Below are positions 42,570-55,266 of a DNA stretch of 64,000 nt, piece by piece. Under the pieces are notes generated by a model. It saw nothing but the letters and a program-made list of their open reading frames with translations. It had not been told where the DNA came from and did no database searches. The first letter of the stretch is position 1; each line of letters starts with the position of its first letter. Both the position numbers and the translations under genes were made by a program. The stretch is from positions 2,480,001 to 2,544,000 of the forward strand of contig OZ024752.1 of assembly GCA_964016885.1 (NCBI GenBank). The letters run 5' to 3'. The stretch comes from Eledone cirrhosa. Taxonomy: Eukaryota.

Positions 42570-42760
42570 ATCAGCTTATTGCCAACAAACAAGCCCTAGC
42601 TCTACATACATGTTTGTGAATGGATAACAGCTTAGGACTGCTGATAATTTTAACTCTGTTGCCTCTACCATCAGTAGTGATGCAAAAATAGAGAATGAAA
42701 TTGAAACAGCCAGATCTGCGTTTGGTAAATTGTATTGAAGTGTTGATATATGTACCACGT
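42570..42760 (+). mobile_element. RTE LINE fragment
   Basis: VNG*QLRTADNFNSVASTISSDAKIENEIETARSAFGKL matches the RTE RT C-terminal FxYLGS.IS.D..I..EI..R...AFG.L segment. Confidence 0.65.
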
Positions 42761-43514
42761 ATCGCAGACATACATATATATTTGAACTTTGCAGACTGCG
42801 CATGTCTCGTTGTTCTTGTCTCATTGGCCAATGGGTCGATAAATCTTGAATATATGTTTGTATAAACAGTCGTATATGCACACATAAATACACAGCCAAC
42901 ACACACACACACACACACACACACACTCAAACACACACACACACACACACGCACACACACACGCATAAATAAATATATATACGAATGTGTGTGTATGTGT
43001 GTTTGATTTGACTGTATGGTAATAATAATTATTGCTTCTTCCTTGTAAATTTTCATCCTTGTCAATTTCAAAATCTAACATATATCATTAAACAAAATGA
43101 ATAACACTAATATCAAATTCCAGAATAAAAATAAAATGCTCAAATTTAGTAGAAGAACGAAACAATCATTTACATTCCAATTTGAATAAAGTACTTAAAT
43201 TAAACACTTTCATTAAAAGGTTTCAAGGTTTGAAAATAAACGTAGATCAGCTAAATGCAAGTCCGGTTTTATATAATGGTTTATGTTAATCTGGAATTAA
43301 GATGCAGACTCATTATTTTATGAGCGACAAAAACAAAAAAAAAAGAGAAGAAACGGAAATAATCGATCATGCACGTTCAATAAAAAAAATCTATGAAGAT
43401 TAAACCAAAAATACATTTCCTTTTAAAAATCAACAAAATCCTACAAGTATAAAACAAAGTATACCAGCAATGACAGACACAATATAAATCAATGTCAACG
43501 AGATCCAGTTAACG

Positions 43515-43582
<68 letters not shown>

Positions 43583-43634
43583 CGCGTATGTGTGCATATA
43601 TGTATGCATGATGGTATATATGCATGTATATATA

Positions 43635-43686
<52 letters not shown>

Positions 43687-43687
43687 G

Positions 43688-43981
43688 TAATAATAATAAA
43701 TTTGAAGACTAAAATCCAAAGAGGGCTCGATAAGGATAAATATATATCAAATATATAAGAACCGTAGAGCAAATATTTATTAAATTAACAGATTAATGTT
43801 TAAGCAAAGAATCGGTGCTTTCACCCTTAACGGGGTCTTCTAAGGGTGAAAGCAGCGATTATTTGCTTAACCTTTAATCTGTTATTTTAATAAATATTTG
43901 CTCTACGGTTCTTATATACTTGATATATAGTTATCCTTATCGAGCCCTCTTTGGATTTTAGTCTTCAAATTTATTATTATT
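43688..43981. mobile_element. PLE family A fold-back of the pLTR 3' end
   Basis: Arms ~43688-43830 and ~43842-43981. The symmetry centre lies inside hammerhead stem II. (TA)n on both sides. Confidence 0.9.
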
Positions 43982-43984
43982 AGT

Positions 43985-44055
<71 letters not shown>

Positions 44056-44471
44056 TATATATATATTTCAATATGTATATTTATTAAAATAACAGATTAA
44101 AGTTTAAGCAAAAATCGCTGCTTTCACCCTTAACGGGATCTTCTGAAACTACACAAAAAAGTCAATCTGTAAACGCAGAACTGGATATTTCAAAAAACGT
44201 TGCAACCGGAGGAAGACAGGAAGACGATACTTTGGTTCGTGGAAACGTTCGCTGGCAAAGAACGGGAAAAAATGAATATAGTACGTCATTAATAGGAGCG
44301 GTGAAAAACAATTACACGCAAAGACAGAATCACGTTTATGAACGTAAAAAACGAAGATAATACCTCATATGCGGAGCGTGGAGAACAATTGCACGCAAAG
44401 ACAAAACCACGTAAATGGTATAGCTGAATTCGTAGACTAACATTCTAACTAGGACACCGAATGATAGTAAA

Positions 44472-45041
44472 ATGTTTAACAGAAATACTATTAAAATGTC
44501 TTACTCAACGACTCCTAACCTTGCACATAACATCACAGCTTCAAATTTAGCTAAACTACCTAGCTGTAGTAACACGTGCAACCCAGTAGTTAGTGCTAAC
44601 TCTAATTGTTGGAATCGGGTTGATGGTCCCCTATCCGGGAAATGCATCTCTAGTAACATTGTCTACAAATGTAAGGTTGAAACACCCACGTCCCGTAGGG
44701 CCTACATAGGGTTAACCGCCAATAGATTCAAGCAGCTTCTTTACATGCATACCCATTCTTTTCGTTACCCTCTAAGAAGGAATATGACGTCACTTTCAGC
44801 TTATATCTGGAGTCTAAAAGACAACGACACCCAATATAAGTTACACTGAGAGATGCTAGCTAGGGCTAGATCGTATAACGAAAATAAAAGACAAAGTGAC
44901 CTCTGCGCCGCTGAGGCCCTTGAAATACTCTACGCCACAGACCACATCTTAAACAAAAAATCTGAGTCAATTTCGGCTTGTAAACATAAATTGCACAAAA
45001 CTTTCCTGTATTACAGCCCCACATTATACCCTAACGGATAG
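44472..45041 (+). pseudogene. PLE GIY-YIG endonuclease domain, one in-frame TGA
   Basis: FNRNTIKMSYS..PLSGKC..NIVYKCKV...AYIGLTANRFK...H..SF...TSLSAYIWSLK..LC..E..ILNKKSE..CKH. ORFs 44472-44849 and 44853-45041 are in frame, and the TGA falls at a Trp-expected position. Confidence 0.88.
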
Positions 45042-45984
45042 TACGATCTATACGTGGATATTTTACGTCTTGATGTGGTAGCTAATTATATGTTATGTTT
45101 ATACCATTACTTATTTGCATAGGTAAGTATATATTACCTGTATGTTTTGTGAAGGTACATATACTTTCTCGTACGTATATTTGATTGTATATGTTACGGC
45201 GTATATTTTTATATATTCTGGTACATATGCTTTTGGTTATGTTATACGGGAGTTTTGCGTCTGTGTGAGTATGCGGGTTCGTACGTATGTTGGGTGTGTG
45301 TATATGTGTACTTCATGTTTTGGTTGACGTCGGTCTCCGAACATTTGTGTATTTACATGTAGGTATGTGTGTGCGCTTGTTATATACGTATTTATTTATT
45401 TATATACGTTTATTTAATTACTTATTTATTTGTATACACGCACACACACACACACACACATATGTATATGTGCGTGGTTTTGTATACCTATGGCGAGTGT
45501 GTTCGCGTATGATTGTGTATGTACGTATTTGGATGCGTGTAAGTATTTATTTAATTTCAATTACCTCTGTATTATATTTTATTTACTTTATTCTTAACTC
45601 TGAAGCGGAGAATCATTCGGTTTTCTAGTTAGAATTTTAGTCTACGACTTCAGCTATACCATCTACGGGGTTTTGTCTTTGCGTGCAATTGTTCTCCCCG
45701 CCCCACATATGACGTATTATCTTCGTTTTTTCCGTTCATTGCCAGAGAACGTCTCTATGCACCACCTAAGAGAACATTAGTCTACGACTTCTTTTATACC
45801 ATAAACGTGGTTCTGTCTTTGCGCGTAATTGTTTTTCACCGCTCCTATTAATGACGTATTATTCGTTTTTTCCTGTTCTTTGCCAGGGAAGGTTTCCACG
45901 AAACAAAGTATTGTCTTCCTGTCTTCCTCCGGTTGCAACGTTTTTTTTTAATATCCACTTCTGCGTTTACAGATTGACTTTGTT

Positions 45985-46035
45985 AGTTTCAGAAGATCCC
46001 GTTAAGGGTGAAAGCAGCGATTCTTTGCTTAAACT
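45985..46035 (+). ncRNA. Type I hammerhead fold with non-canonical CAGAAGA core (family A)
   Basis: AGTTT-CAGAAGA-TCCC GTTAA GGGT-GAA-AGCAG CGATTCT TTGCT-T-AAACT. Same core at 31054-31104, 44101-44150 (minus) and 50538-50587 (minus). Confidence 0.65.
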
Positions 46036-46134
46036 TTAATCTGTTATTTTAATAAATATTTGCTCTACGGTTCTTATATATTTGATATATCCTTATCGAG
46101 CCCATTTGGATTTTACTCTTCAAATTTATTATTA

Positions 46135-46169
<35 letters not shown>

Positions 46170-46498
46170 TTATACTTGGGGAGGGTCATATTTGCGTAAT
46201 ATTGCCAGAATTAATAACAGAACACACTCACTGTTTGGTTGGTTTTCGCTTCTCGCTGTCTTTTATATCTGCAATCTAACTTACTCGGTCCTCAATGTTG
46301 CCATTGACTGACCGACGGTCAAAAATATTACAGATACAATATAGACACAAACACATATATATAGTTTACATAATTTACATAAATCTTTCGTTGCACATCT
46401 GCAACATCGTCAGTGGTGTTATATTTTTTGTTCCTCCTGTTGTGTTGTATGTCTACGCCGTTTTTTATTCAGTCTATATATATATATGTATATATGTA

Positions 46499-46593
<95 letters not shown>

Positions 46594-46621
46594 CGGAGTT
46601 AAATCTTTTGTTCACACTTTG

Positions 46622-46814
46622 AATTGTTTCTACTTATGGCACAATCCCAGGAATTATCCTAGTGCATTACTGGTACTATATTTTATCGACCCCGTGTTGA
46701 TGAAAGGCAAAGTTAACCTCGGTGGGATTTGAACACAGAACGTAAAGGGCCGTAACTCCTATGTTGCGATGCTTGGTGTCTAACGCTCTGCCGGTACTGC
46801 CCACCCACTGCCCT
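46622..46814 (-). mobile_element. SINE copy
   Basis: Full core and head. Confidence 0.88.
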
Positions 46815-47086
46815 TCGGAACGGTTCAGGTTTGTTATTTAACCTGATTGTATGTTCGTTGTTGTGGTGGCTTCTGTGGCTTTGACCTCTTAACCACAGTT
46901 TTCAATTTGTCACGCCTTTTAACGTATGTTTATGACCCTGAGATGTAACTTAACGATTTATCGATATCTTCTTATTGACTGCTTCGTGCAAAGCTTTCGA
47001 ATATTGTATGTTCGTAGATGCTTACCGAACGCCGCAACTTCGACATTACTCACTTCCACTCTTATATATATATATATATATATATA

Positions 47087-47830
47087 TTTCGTTTCTGAAT
47101 TTGTTTAGCAAGATTCTTTATCTGAAATCATGTGTTGAAACCGATATTGTTATACTTTGGGATGGTCATGTTGCCAATAAGAAACACACGCACCAGCTGC
47201 ATTCACTTCGATTTATTATATATTTATAAATTTATAAATCTACAAACTTATAAATTTCTGGTTGGTTGGTTGGTTCCACAACCAGATAGTTGTTTATATA
47301 TAGTCATAGTCCTTTCGCCACACACTCTGTGACCTCTTCAGTGACTGGGGATTCCTTCTTTGTTTCTGTGCCTTTCCTTTCTTCTGTCCTACGCCATTTT
47401 GTTTCTGTGTGTGTGTTGTGTGCTCAGTTTGCGCATGCGCCACATCCGGGTGTCTGTGTGTGTTTGTGTTCATTTATCTATTTGTTTATTTATTTATTTA
47501 TTTATTTATTTACATGCTGTTGGTTGGTTGTTTGTTCTATGTGTGTGTGTGTTTTCATTTTCATTTTGTCCTTAATTGTAAGTTGTGATGTTGCTGTTCC
47601 ACTCATATTTTCTATTTAATTTTGGTTGTAATTCTTTTATGCTTATTGCCTCTGTAATTTGCCTAAACATTGCATCTTTTCTGTGTGTGGATTCTATTTT
47701 TATTGCTATGTTCTCTAATTTACCCTTGTGCTCTATCTTAGCATGTTGGTAGAGCAAAGATGATTCTTTATTATCTTGAAGGTCTCGCCAGTGTTCATTT
47801 ATTCGTTCCCCTATATATATATTTTTTTTT
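47087..47830 (-). mobile_element. PLE family B 3' fragment: GIY-YIG C-terminus + pLTR with hammerhead
   Basis: Minus strand GERINEHWRDLQDNKESSLLYQHAKIEH...RQITEAISIKELQPKLNRKYEWN. Hammerhead AGTCA-CTGAAGA-GGTCACA GAG TGTGTGGC-GAAAGGACTA-TGACT at 47302-47346. Confidence 0.8.
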
Positions 47831-48719
47831 CCTATCCAATTGAGTTCTTCGCACGAGGTTTGAATTCTTGTCAGAGTTCAATCACCTGCGCGTGTATTAT
47901 TTTTCACGGTAGCCTCCTCCTCCTATTTTGGGGACTTTGTGAGATTTTCTTTCGAACTGCTGCACTTACAACCTAACACTTCCTTCTAGCTCTGATGGTG
48001 ATTATCGCTAAATATTGATGTTGATTTAGTTATTAATATTTATATTATTGGGCACCCACTGAAGATTTATAAGCGGCCTCTTGCATAAGAATCCATTGAT
48101 CTTACACAAGTTTCTACATAACCTGGTATAATTTCACCCAAAATGTAGAAATCTTACAATGACACGATTCGTTTGGGAAATGACATCTTTGAAATAAACA
48201 CAGCCTATTATCCACACAAAACAATATAGTTAGCACTGCAAACGTTTAATTGGGAATATACTCCGGAATTTCCTAATGTTTCTTGAGTGAGTTGGAAATT
48301 GGTCGGAGTATCGCTATTAGCTTTCTGCGTTTATGTGATTATGTAATTATATATATATTAAACAAAGGAATTGTGGTAAGGAACCAGATGGACTCTAACG
48401 CACCAGAGTACTCAATACTTAGGGTAGTAGAGTGGGAAATAGGAGAAGGTATGACCCCGACGGCAGAGCTCAAGCCGTTTCGCGGCTATTTCAAAGGAAA
48501 ATAATAAAAAATAATTTATATATATATAAATTATTTTTTATTATTTTACTTTGAAATTTCACAAGTGTTTTGTTTTCATATCGTCTCCTTCAAATTTATT
48601 ATATTTTTCTTTAAAACTTTGTTCAATTTAAAGCAATAATGATGTAGAACTCATTTTTCAAACTTGGGACTTCACGTGAATTGTTGTAAAGTGAGCTGAG
48701 GGGAAATGTGGTAAAATAA

Positions 48720-49100
48720 TACATGATATTCATGATAAGGATAATGAGTTTGGTGACCTGGAGATGATTTTGAAGGCTGTGGTGCTTATGGTGATTGATG
48801 ATGATTGATGATTGGGGGTGCAGATGATCATTATGAAGATGAAAATAATGAATAAAATGTGTTGGGGAGAATAATGTGCATGGTATTGATAGTAACATCG
48901 AAGTTGATGCTGTTGATGAATATGAGGATGCAGTGGATAATGTTTGTGATAAGGATGACGATGTTGATGATGATGATGATGATGATGGTGTTGGTTGTTT
49001 TAGTGCTAGTGTTGGTGGTGCTGATGCTAGTGGTGATATTGGTGCCGGTGTTAATAGCAAATATTGTGGTGAAATGAATGCCGCTATCTATAATTGATGA
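48720..49100. repeat. Degenerate (GAT/GGT)n low-complexity tract
   Basis: Directly visible. Similar complementary tracts occur at 24610-24830 and 33280-33660. Confidence 0.8.
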
Positions 49101-50423
49101 ACACGAGATGCATTTCTTGATAGATATACAGTTACTATATTAGCGATGTGTTTGGGTGTATGCAGACCAACATGATTTCCAATCCATGTGCTCTGTAGTT
49201 GTTGCATCCTGTGTGTCATCGTTAGTTCAATAGATAAGAAAAAACATCAGGTATACTTCTATCGAAAAAACATGAGGAATACTTCCATCGAATCACTGTA
49301 GAGTGCTTCACCACTTCATCTTGCATTAGTGAGTTTCTGATCAAATAGTTTAATACAAATGAAGTATACAAAAGATGTCGACTACAACATCATATAGAAT
49401 GTCCTAAGCTAGTGATTTTCGATAATTCAGTCAGAGACGTGATCGCTACATGTTATAGCAACATAAGGTTGGCTGTCAAAATAATGGTAACATGACTGCA
49501 AACTTTCGCTGATCTCCTTTTTCGTCTGTGTATTTGGGCAATGGACAACATTGTAAGTGGTTGACGGGCATGAGGTACTAAATTGATATGGATTTTGATT
49601 TTGAATGGAAGGAATAACATACTAAATTATTCAAAAGCCTAAATGGTTGCATTGCTTTGTCCCATATAGTGAATCCTATAAAAGTTAACGCTCTCATGTC
49701 TCTTGGGATACAGACTATTTTTAATGCACTGGTGGAGCTCTATCTACTTCTGATATTATGCATAAACTTGTGGTGGTATGCTGTGACTAAATAGACAGCT
49801 GTATATACATTTCCATTGTAGAATACAATGACACCACGGTCAGTGCTGAAACTTGTAACACGTCGCATGATATATGTAATGCAATTGAATATTGTAAATA
49901 ATTTTCAAATCATTTATACATAGGCAACTGTTTCTAAACATAATATGTGTAGTGATATATTTTATATACTATGGGAAATTGTGAGAAATTGTGCCCAGTG
50001 AGAAATTGATAAGAAATTGATAAGAAATTACTCTCGTTGCTTTAATGTATCTTCATTATTACCATTCTCTGTTAATAAATGTCATGCTTCGGTTATCCAG
50101 AATCACTCCACATAGGACAACAGTGTTTCTCCGATTTATGTAAATTATTCAACTAACCTAAATATTATGGTTAAATTTATACGAACATGTACCACTGTTA
50201 GCACAGTTATATCAATTTCCAAGGAAATTCATTAAGATCCATTATTAGGTCGATAATTGAATAGAAAAATGCTTAGGATATAATTCTTTCTGAACTGGTA
50301 TCCATTTTTAAGAACAAAAGTACCGACCATTTTCGGTCATATTTTTCACGTATCGTATGGGTCATGTTTCCCCTTCGTCTTTGCGTGCAGATCACATTAT
50401 AGACGCCGGCATTATACGTATGC

Positions 50424-50516
<93 letters not shown>

Positions 50517-50521
<5 letters not shown>

Positions 50522-50587
50522 TAAAATAACAGATTAAAGTTTAAGCAAAGAATCGCTGCTTTCACCCTTAACGGGATCTTCTGAAAC
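50517..50587 (-). mobile_element. PLE family A micro-insertion consisting almost solely of the hammerhead
   Basis: 71 bp between (TA)n tracts, starting within stem I. Confidence 0.8.
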
Positions 50588-50601
50588 ATATATGTATATA
50601 T

Positions 50602-50813
50602 ATGTGAAAAAAACCACAGTCATTCCATCTCAACTCTACTTTTGAAAAGCAGAAGAACTGCGAAACCGGTAAAGGAACCAAATAATATATATATATTTTT
50701 TAAAACAAGACTCCAGTTGCATTTCCGATTTCATCTTTTTTTCTTTATACTTTCACTCGTGTAGGACACCTCGGTTATTTTTTATTTTGTTAAATATAAC
50801 CTCACTTTCTAAT
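50602..50813 (+). mobile_element. pLTR family F copy with U3-A8 hammerhead
   Basis: CTT-TTGAAAA-GCAG AAGAA CTGC-GAAAC-CG-GTA-AAG at 50639-50674. Inverted partner at 51895-52107. Confidence 0.8.
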
Positions 50814-50835
50814 ATATAAATATATATATATATAT

Positions 50836-51869
50836 AAGGCGGGTAAAATTCCCGAGATCCATGGACGAGTTCTCTCCAGCGGTCTCTGTCCCTCATTATC
50901 GTGGCCATGTCCTGCGTCTCCAACAGACCAGTGACTGTTCTTAGGGCATCAACATACGTTAACCTTGCTCTTCCCCTTCTAGTGTGTCCATGTAGGGGCT
51001 CCCACAGGAGCACTGAGTGCAATGTCAACTCTGGACGTCGGTGAACATGTCCAGCTAACCTCAATCTCCTCTGTGTCACTTTTGAGCTGACTTTTGGGAT
51101 GCTCCCATACAGCTCTGAGTTTTTCATCCTCAGTGTATACTGATTAATGTTCAGAGCCATCCTCAGCATTCTCGTGTACCACCCATCCACCATCTGAGTG
51201 AGTTTCTTGGTCAGTGTCCAGGTCTCAGACCTGTACAGCAGCACAGACTCCACTACAGCAATGAAGAGGCGGATTTTCAGGTTTTTACGAAGGTCCGACA
51301 CCCACACCGATCTCAAGCTGTAGCACGCCGCCCAGGCTTTGCTCTTCCTCTCAACCACATCATCTTCCGTATTCCCAATCTTTGCTCACAAATACAGGAA
51401 GCCCTCAACCAATGCTAGCGGCTGCCCGCCTACATTAGTGATCCCCTCTGACTTCTCAACATTCTCTACCAGATATTTTGTTTTAGTCTCATTCATTCTC
51501 ATCCCCACACTCATCGACACAGTCTCAACCTCCCGCATCAAATCTTCTGCCTCCTTCACTGTATTTGTCACCAAAACTATGTCGTCGGCAATTCAGCAAC
51601 CGATACATTTTACGCCTTAACACTCCTGCTCTGAGCCGGTGCTACAGTAAAGCCAGAATCCTGGTGTTTCTCCAGTTTAAGGCGCATACAATAGTCCACT
51701 ACAATTATAAAAAGTTAGGGAGCCAATGTATCTCCCTGGAGCAAACCAGCCAGTATCTCAAAGAACTCTGTCATCCCATCAGGTGTAATGACTTGGGCTT
51801 TAGTGTTGGTGTAGAGCAGTGATATCAGGTCCACTATCTTCTCGGAGATTGCATAAGCCTGTAAGATCT

Positions 51870-51870
<1 letters not shown>
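50836..51870 (-). mobile_element. 5'-truncated RTE-clade LINE
   Basis: VGMRMNETKTKY, FLYL, LKIRLFIAVVESVLLYRSETW, RRLRLAGHVHR, LLWEP..G..RRGRARLTY, DRDRWRELV. Confidence 0.9.
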
Positions 51871-51894
<24 letters not shown>

Positions 51895-51902
<8 letters not shown>

Positions 51903-52106
51903 GTGAGGTTTTTTTTACAAAATGAAAAATAACCGAGGTGTCCTACACGAGTGGAAGTATAAAAAAAAAGGGATGAAATCGAAAATGCAACTGAAGTCTT
52001 ATTTTTTTTTTAAATATATATATTTATTTGGTTCCTTTACCGGTTTCGCAGTTCTTCTGCTTTTCAAAAGGTGAGTTGAGATGGAGGGTCTGTGGTTTTT
52101 CTCACA

Positions 52107-52107
<1 letters not shown>
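51895..52107 (-). mobile_element. pLTR family F copy with U3-A8 hammerhead
   Basis: CCTT-TTGAAAA-GCAG AAGAA CTGC-GAAAC-CG-GTA-AAGG on the minus strand at 52034-52071. Confidence 0.8.
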
Positions 52108-52148
<41 letters not shown>

Positions 52149-52149
52149 A

Positions 52150-52470
52150 TATGATTCCAGTTCCTCAGAGAAATAACAACCCAACCAGGAACTGGGCATA
52201 TCGGATTATTGACGGAGTTAAACACTCACCAAATGTGTACCCGTCTCTACCACACCAATACGGACTACCTAAAGAGGGCACAGCCAAGGATGGCTGTCAC
52301 CGAAATATATATAGCAGTACACATTTAATAAACGAAGCCAAATTTTAAATATTTGACTTAATTATTTTATTTTACATTACTCCGGAGTAACCAAACCAAC
52401 CTGCGCACTTTGTTGAGTGCTCCAATCTGCATACTAGGTGTCGGTAAATGTCCAAAATATACTCACAATT
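52150..52470 (+). mobile_element. pLTR element with hammerhead (G5A substitution)
   Basis: ACTAC-CTAAAGA-GGGCACAGCCA AGGA TGGCTGTCACC-GAAAT-ATAT-ATA-GCAGT at 52264-52318. Tail is homologous to 2190-2330. Confidence 0.75.
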
Positions 52471-52587
52471 TATATATATATATATATACTCTTTAATAAG
52501 ACAGAAATGGACTATACCGTACACAGTATAATTAGATTTACCACAATATATTTCACCGAAATTGATATACACCTATACTTAATACAT

Positions 52588-52776
52588 AATTGTTTCTACT
52601 TTAGGCACTAGGCCAGCAATTACCCAGTGCATTACTGGTACTTTATTTTTTCGACCCCGTAACGATGAAAGGCAAAGTCAACCTCGGCGGGATTTGAACT
52701 CAGATCGTAAAGGGACGTAACTATGCTGGAAAGCATGGCGTCCGACCCTCTACCGATACTGCCAATCCACCGCCCT
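52588..52776 (-). mobile_element. SINE copy with target-site duplication
   Basis: Near-consensus copy with ATACTTAATA(C/G)ATAAT on both sides. Confidence 0.92.
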
Positions 52777-53573
52777 ATACTTAATAGATAATACAATGGA
52801 ATATTCGGGGCAGGTGCACATGAATATATAAAGAATGAATATTAGGTAAATGTAAGGCAGGAATAATTATTCAATTAGTTCCCACTCTTTCAAGGGGAAA
52901 CACAGTCTCGCGTTTTACAAGAATAAAAGGGTAAAACACTGAATATCTTTTTTTACTTTTATTTCATATCAAGATAGTGAATTTATAGGCAATGTTGCCA
53001 TTATAAGCAGAAGGGATATTGTAAGGCCAAGTGTAATTTGAGATGAACTGGATAATATTTCACCTGTCACGTTTGGATTTCGGTGCAGTTGTATGAGCAA
53101 GAGATATTCAGTTAGATTACGTTGACGGATCGTAGAATAGTTATAAATAAATTTGTTATTCGTAGTTATGTTCTAGACTCGTTCTGGTCTACAATCGTTG
53201 TTTGGTGAACTCCCTTTTTATATATATTTGTATTTGCTTGACAAAACGACTGTGCCGATGACAATTACAAAACTGCATATGCCGATGAGATTAACGCTAT
53301 TGCTGTTAAGTTTAAATTGTTGTAGGATGATGTCTGCGCAGAAATTGAATTACAAAGGGAAACTTTCTGGGGGAAAAAAGTGTGGGTGTAGGTGTTAATA
53401 TAAGGTCTAGGTGCGTGGAAATAATGTGGGTGATGATACGATGTAAGTCTAGTGAAGCAAGACTAACTGAGTTAAGCTAACTCTGAGAATAAGAAGCAAT
53501 TGTAATATCGAATATCGGTATAACAGTGAGAAATATATATATACACATATATATATATACACACACACACCCA

Positions 53574-53612
<39 letters not shown>

Positions 53613-53829
53613 GTATATATATATATATATACCCCGTTATGATGGAAATAGAGAAAAGCTGTGCCATTTCATTTACTTGAAGTCTCACCGCCAGCATTTC
53701 ATTGTTATAAAATGCTTTATCTTGTGTCATTGTAAAACATTCTTATATTAATGTCCGATCATTTTATTGATTTTACTATTTTCAGTTACTAAATTTATCA
53801 CACTCTCTCGAATGTCGGTCGTTTTAAAA

Positions 53830-54080
53830 GCGTTGAAATTTCCGGAAGGAAGCTATTTTTGAAACGATCTTTGACAGCTATTGGTGGATGATAGGTTGTA
53901 ACTGACCAATCAGCAAAAGAGTGAAACACATACTTAATGGCAGGAAATTAACAAGCCAACGATAAATTAAAGTATTGGAAATGCGACAGCCTTTGATGCG
54001 TGACTGCATATATTTTGAAATGCCGGAAGTGAACTGACTACTAGAGTGCCTAGCTCAGGGCCTAATTTGAAAGGAAGCGG
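53830..54080. promoter_or_regulatory. Possible promoter-like motif cluster
   Basis: TTCCGGAAG (~53840), ATTGG (~53880), CCAATCAG (~53906) and GCCGGAAGTG ETS-type site (~54022) in non-repetitive-looking sequence. Confidence 0.25.
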
Positions 54081-55133
54081 TTCTAATTGATCTTCTTTAA
54101 CTCCCTCGCTGAAGAGGAGTTTGGTCATTTATGTAATTAAACAGCACTATAAATATACACATGCACACGTCTAAATGCTTGATTATTTCTTCACGTGTGG
54201 GCGCGCACACACTAACCTTGACAAACACGATCATGTGTATATTTGTGTACATATGATAGAGTGTATTTGTGTGTAAGAACATAATCTGATGTTATGTAAG
54301 GTAGGAAATCAGCTTAATTCCATTAAGATTCGAAACTTATTATAACTGAATCTATCTAGTTGAAACCTGGAACAATATGTAATTTCAGCTCATGTTATTT
54401 AAATAGTTTACGCAGTAGATAATTCATAATCATATAGTTGGAGAGCAATTTTCTGATTTCGAAGGACTTTATGAATCCTTCGAACCTTAATAACAGTGAA
54501 AAGTTTAATACCCATCACTATTTCGATTTATTTGATATTTCAGCATTGATATCGTAGATAATGCGTACTTAATAATGATTTCTAACAAATGCAGAAGACA
54601 AAGTGTGTTGATAATGAGACAATCGATTAGGCGAACAATTTTTCTAATACATATCCCTTCAATCACTAATGGATGAACGTCACAAAATATGCCAAAGGGA
54701 TTTTTAACCACTGGTTAATAACTTAGGGATATACGATTGTAGAATTTTTAAAGAGAATTGTTTATGTGCAAATGTTTGCCATGAAATTGACAGTTGATTT
54801 TATTATTCATGAAATTTAGTGGGGATGTGGTAAATTAATTTTCATTTCATATAGAATTGATACGATGCATTAATAAAAAAAAAAAGCAATAGAAATAGAG
54901 AAAGCCTTTGTAATTTAACCAGGAAATATTGATGCATTGATATTTTATTGTTCGCAATATAAAATATATAATTGCCTCTTCTTAAAGAAATAGGAATAAT
55001 AAAACTCAGATGGATATACGATCTATAACATGTCCTTTCTTTGCCATGAATTTCGTTATAACGAGGGATGAAGTTCCTAGAAAATAGCATCGGCAAATGT
55101 AAAGTAAGACAGAAGGAAGGAAAAACAGATTCA

Positions 55134-55266
55134 CTACAATTTATTTTGAGTCTGGCATATCATTTTTGTTTGAGCCTTGTTTGGCTTGCGACTATTCATT
55201 ATTCGTCCCGAATATCCACCAGCCTCGACGGTTAGTGATAAGTCATCACCTGTATAGGAGGGACTT
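55134..55266 (-). CDS. Candidate terminal coding exon of an unknown gene
   Basis: Strong acceptor TTTCTTTTTTGTTTGTTTTAG, higher GC, and one frame open to TAG (SPSYTGDDLSLTVEAGGYSGRIMNSRKPNKAQTKMICQTQNKL*). No recognisable domain. Confidence 0.28.

Larger units (their letters stand above)
44077..46138 (+). mobile_element. 5'-truncated Penelope-like element (family A): inverted pLTR + GIY-YIG ORF + pLTR
   Basis: 44077-44452 is the inverted copy of 45625-46060, with the endonuclease ORF between them and (TA)n on both sides. Confidence 0.9.

Noticed and set aside
44847-44849. In-frame TGA as selenocysteine/readthrough codon
   Set aside because: It falls at a Trp-expected position (TGG>TGA) in a decayed copy, and no SECIS was recognised.
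48623-49097. Ser/His- or Asp-rich protein ORFs
   Set aside because: They arise from a degenerate trinucleotide repeat that is open in several frames on both strands.
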